Source: Schmidtea polychroa
Taxonomy: Eukaryota
DNA length: 64,000 bases
NCBI GenBank assembly: GCA_044892525.1
Contig: CM097885.1
Span: 2,544,001 to 2,608,000 of the forward strand
Direction of reading: 5' to 3'
Shown piece by piece: positions 60,101-64,000 of the stretch. Position 1 is the first letter of the stretch. Every line of letters starts with the position of its first letter. The position numbers were made by a program, and so were the translations under genes. A model generated the notes under the pieces. The model did not search any database. It was given only the letters and a program-made list of their open reading frames with translations, and was not told the origin of the DNA.

Positions 60101-63100
60101 ATCTTCCCTATCTGATATCGCTGCATATCTTCCCTATCTGATATCACTGCCCATATCTTCCCTATCTGATATCACTGCCCATATCTTCCCTATCTGACAT
60201 CATTGCCCATACCTTCCCTATCTGATATCACTGCCCATATCTTCCCTATCTGATATCACTGCCCACATCTTCCTTATCTGATATCGCTGCCCATATCTTC
60301 CCTATCTGATATCACTGCATATCTTCCCTATCTGATATCACTGCCCATATCTTCCATATCTGATATCACTGCCCATATCTTCCCTATCTGATATCACTGC
60401 ATATCTTCCCTATCTGACATCACTGCCCATATCTTCCCTATCTGACATCACTGCCCATATCTTCCCTATCTGATATCACTGCCCATATCTTCTCTATCTG
60501 ATATCACTGCCTATATCTTTCCTATCTGATATCACTGCCCATATCTTCCCTATCTGATATCACTGCATATCTTCCCTATCTGATATCACTGCCCATATCT
60601 TCCCTATCTGATATCACTGCATATCTTCCCTATCTGATATCACTGCCCATATCTTCCCTATCTGATATCACTGCCCATATCTTCCCTATCTGATATCACT
60701 GCCCATATCTTCCCTATCTGATATCACTGCATATCTTCCCTATCTGATATCACTGCCCATATCTTCCCTATCTGATATCACTGCATATCTTCCCTATCTG
60801 ATATCGCTGCCCATATCTTCCCTATCTGATATCACTGCCAATATCTTCCCTATCTGATATCACTGCATATCTTCCCTATCTGATATCGCTGCCCATATCT
60901 TCCCTATCTGATATCGCTGCCCATATCTTCCCTATCTGATATCACTGCCAATATCTTTCCTATCTGGTATCACTGCATATCTTCCCTTTCTGATATCACT
61001 GCCCATATCTTCCCTATCTTATATCACTGCCTATATCTTCCCTATCTGATATCACTGCATATCTTCCCTATCTTATATAAATGCCCATATCTTCCCTATC
61101 TGATATCACTGCCCTTATTTTCCCTATCTTATATCACTGCCCTTATCTTCCCTATCTGGTATCACTGCCAATATCTTCCCTGTCTGATATCAGAGCAAAT
61201 CTTCCCTATCTGATATCAATGCCCATATCTTCCCTATCTGATATCACTGCCCCTAATTTCCCTATCTTAAATCACTGCCCTTATCTTCCCTATCTGGTAT
61301 CACTGCCAATATCTTCCCTATCTGATATCAGAGCAAATCTTCCCTATCTGATATCAGAGCAAATCTTCCTTATCTGATATCACTGCCCATATCTTCCCTA
61401 TCTGATATCGCTGCCCATATCTTCTCTCTCTGGTATCACTGCCCATATCTTCCCTATCTGATATCAGAGCAAATCTTCCTTATCTGATATCACTGCCCAT
61501 ATCTTCCCTATCTGATATCACGGCATATCTTCCCTATCTGATATCACTGCCAATATCTTCCCTATCTGATATCACTGCCTATATCTTCCCTATCTGATAT
61601 CACTGCATATCTTCCCTATCTGATATCACTGCATATCTTCCCTATCTGATATCACTGCCCATATCTTCCCTATCTGATATCACTACATATCTTCCCTATC
61701 TGATATCACTCCCCATATCTTCCCTATCTGATATCGCTGCATATCTTCCCTATCTGATATCACTGCCCATATCTTCCCTATCTGATATCACTGCCCATAT
61801 CTTCCCTATCTGACATCATTGCCCATACCTTCCCTATCTGATATCACTGCCCATATCTTCCCTATCTGATATCACTGCCCATATCTTCCCTATCTGATAT
61901 CACTGCATATCTTCATTATCTGATATCACTGCCCATATCTTCCCTATCTGATATCACTGCCCATATCTTCCCTATCTGATATGACTGCATATCTTCCCTA
62001 TCTGATATCGCTGCCCATATCTTCCCTATCTGATATCACTGCCTATATCTTCCCTATCTGATATCGCTGCCCATATCTTCCCTATCTGATATCGCTGCCC
62101 ATATCTTCCCTATCTGATATCACTGCCCATATCTTCCCTATCTGAAATCACTGCCTTACCTTCCCTATCTGATATCACTGCCCATATCTTCCCTATCTGA
62201 CATCACTGCCCATATCTTCCCTATCTGACATCACTGCCCATATCTTCCCTGTCTGATATCACTGCCCACATCTTCCCTATCTGATATCACTGCATATCTT
62301 CCCTATCTAATATCGCGGCCCATATCTTCCCTCTCTGATATCGCTGCCCATATCTTCCCTATCTGATATCGCTGCCCATATCTTCCCTATCTGATATCAC
62401 TGTCCATATCTTCCCTATCTGATATCGCTGCCCATATCTTCCCTATCTGATATCACTGCATATCTTCCCTTTCTGATATCACTGCCCATATCTTCCCTAT
62501 CTGATATCAGAGCAAATCTTCCTTATCTGATATCACTGCCCATATCTTCCCTATCTGATATCGCTGCCCATATCTTCTCTCTCTGGTATCACTGCCCATA
62601 TCTTCCCTATCTGATATCAGAGCAAATCTTCCTTATCTGATATCACTGCCCATATCTTCCCTATCTGATATCACGGCATATCTTCCCTATCTGATATCAC
62701 TGCCAATATCTTCCCTATCTGATATCACTGCCTATATCTTCCCTATCTGATATCACTGCATATCTTCCCTATCTGTTATCACTGCATATCTTCCCTATCT
62801 GATATCACTGCCCATATCTTCCCTATCTGATATCACTACATATCTTCCCTATCTGATATCACTCCCCATATCTTCCCTATCTGATATCGCTGCATATCTT
62901 CCCTATCTGATATCACTGCCCATATCTTCCCTATCTGATATCACTGCCCATATCTTCCCTATCTGACATCATTGCCCATACCTTCCCTATCTGATATCAC
63001 TGCCCATATCTTCCCTATCTGATATCACTGCCCACATCTTCCTTATCTGATATCGCTGCCCATATCTTCCCTATCTGATATCACTGCATATCTTCCCTAT

Positions 63101-64000
63101 CTGATATCACTGCCCATATCTTCCATATCTGATATCACTGCCCATATCTTCCCTATCTGATATCACTGCATATCTTCTTTATCTGACATCACTGCCCATA
63201 TCTTCCCTATCTGACATCACTGCCCATATCTTCCCTATCTGATATCACTGCCCATATCTTCTCTATCTGATATCACTGCCTATATCTTTCCTATCTGATA
63301 TCACTGCCCATATCTTCCCTATCTGATATCACTGCATATCTTCCCTATCTGATATCACTGCCCATATCTTCCCTATCTGATATCACTGCATATCTTCCCT
63401 ATCTGATATCACTGCCCATATCTTCCCTATCTGATATCACTGCCCATATCTTCCCTATCTGATATCACTGCCCATATCTTCCCTATCTGATATCACTGCA
63501 TATCTTCCCTATCTGATATCACTGCCCATATCTTCCATATCTGATATCACTGCCCATATCTTCCCTATCTGATATCACTGCATATCTTCCCTATCTGATA
63601 TCACTGCCCATATCTTCCCTATCTGATATCACTGCATATCTTCCCTATCTGATATCGCTGCCCATATCTTCCCTATCTGATATCACTGCCAATATCTTCC
63701 CTATCTGATATCACTGCATATCTTCCCTATCTGATATCGCTGCCCATATCTTCCCTATCTGATATCGCTGCCCATATCTTCCCTATCTGATATCACTGCC
63801 AATATCTTTCCTATCTGGTATCACTGCATATCTTCCCTTTCTGATATCACTGCCCATATCTTCCCTATCTTATATCACTGCCTATATCTTCCCTATCTGA
63901 TATCACTGCATATCTTCCCTATCTTATATAAATGCCCATATCTTCCCTATCTGATATCACTGCCCTTATTTTCCCTATCTTATATCACTGCCCTTATCTT
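57183..64000 (+). repeat. 8,202-bp HOR, copy 2 (truncated by window end)
   Basis: Colinear with copy 1 at constant +8202. Very few differences were seen (CTAGTATC ~50158 vs CTGGTATC ~58360; TTCCTTATC ~51548 vs TTCTTTATC ~59750). Confidence 0.93.

Larger units (their letters stand above)
1..64000 (+). repeat. Satellite DNA array, 28/26-bp monomer (consensus CTGCCCATATCTTCCCTATCTGATATCA), extends beyond both window ends
   Basis: Every line is tandem copies of this unit or the 26-bp form CTGCATATCTTCCCTATCTGATATCA, always in the same orientation. No unique spacer or insertion was seen. Confidence 0.99.

Noticed and set aside
51263..61377. Five near-identical 98-aa ORFs (51263, 52879, 55730, 59465, 61081)
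   Set aside because: They are copies of the same variant-monomer cassette carried by the HOR duplications. The ATG comes from the TATAAATGCCC variant, and nothing indicates coding constraint.
1..64000. CRISPR array (28-bp repeat with an internal palindrome)
   Set aside because: The repeats are directly adjacent with no unique spacers, leader or cas genes.
1..64000. Telomerase-synthesised telomeric tract (long-unit type as in some budding yeasts)
   Set aside because: The G/C strand skew fits, but multi-kb HORs that preserve point variants indicate recombination or replication-based duplication rather than templated addition. A subtelomeric location cannot be excluded.
1..64000. Information-bearing code in the order of 26/28-bp monomers
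   Set aside because: The non-random order is explained by nested duplications. I saw no regular period or reading-frame maintenance beyond that.

Overview
The whole 64-kb window is one uninterrupted, head-to-tail satellite DNA array with no unique sequence, genes, transposons or orientation switch that I could find. The monomer is 28 bp, CTGCCCATATCTTCCCTATCTGATATCA (C10 T10 A6 G2). It is mixed with a common 26-bp form (CTGCATATC..., CC deleted), rarer 27-bp forms and many point variants, giving roughly 2,300 monomers. Variant monomers are ordered into nested, near-identical higher-order repeats (HORs), found by tracking rare marker variants by eye: a 6,016-bp HOR (1 to ~14.1 kb), 2,173- and 1,208-bp duplications (~14.2-19.8 kb), a ~10.5-kb HOR with 4.35- and 6.16-kb subunits (~18.6-41.3 kb), a mosaic zone (~41.3-49 kb) and an 8,202-bp HOR (48,981 to the end). 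This layout is typical of eukaryotic heterochromatic (centromeric, pericentromeric or subtelomeric) satellite, but I cannot identify the organism or a named family. The supplied ORFs are translation artefacts of the repeat. The most notable signals are mechanistic: a length-neutral 136-bp overwrite, a palindrome-perfecting dinucleotide change, a CG/CA/TG variant trio, and sharp domain boundaries in variant content.
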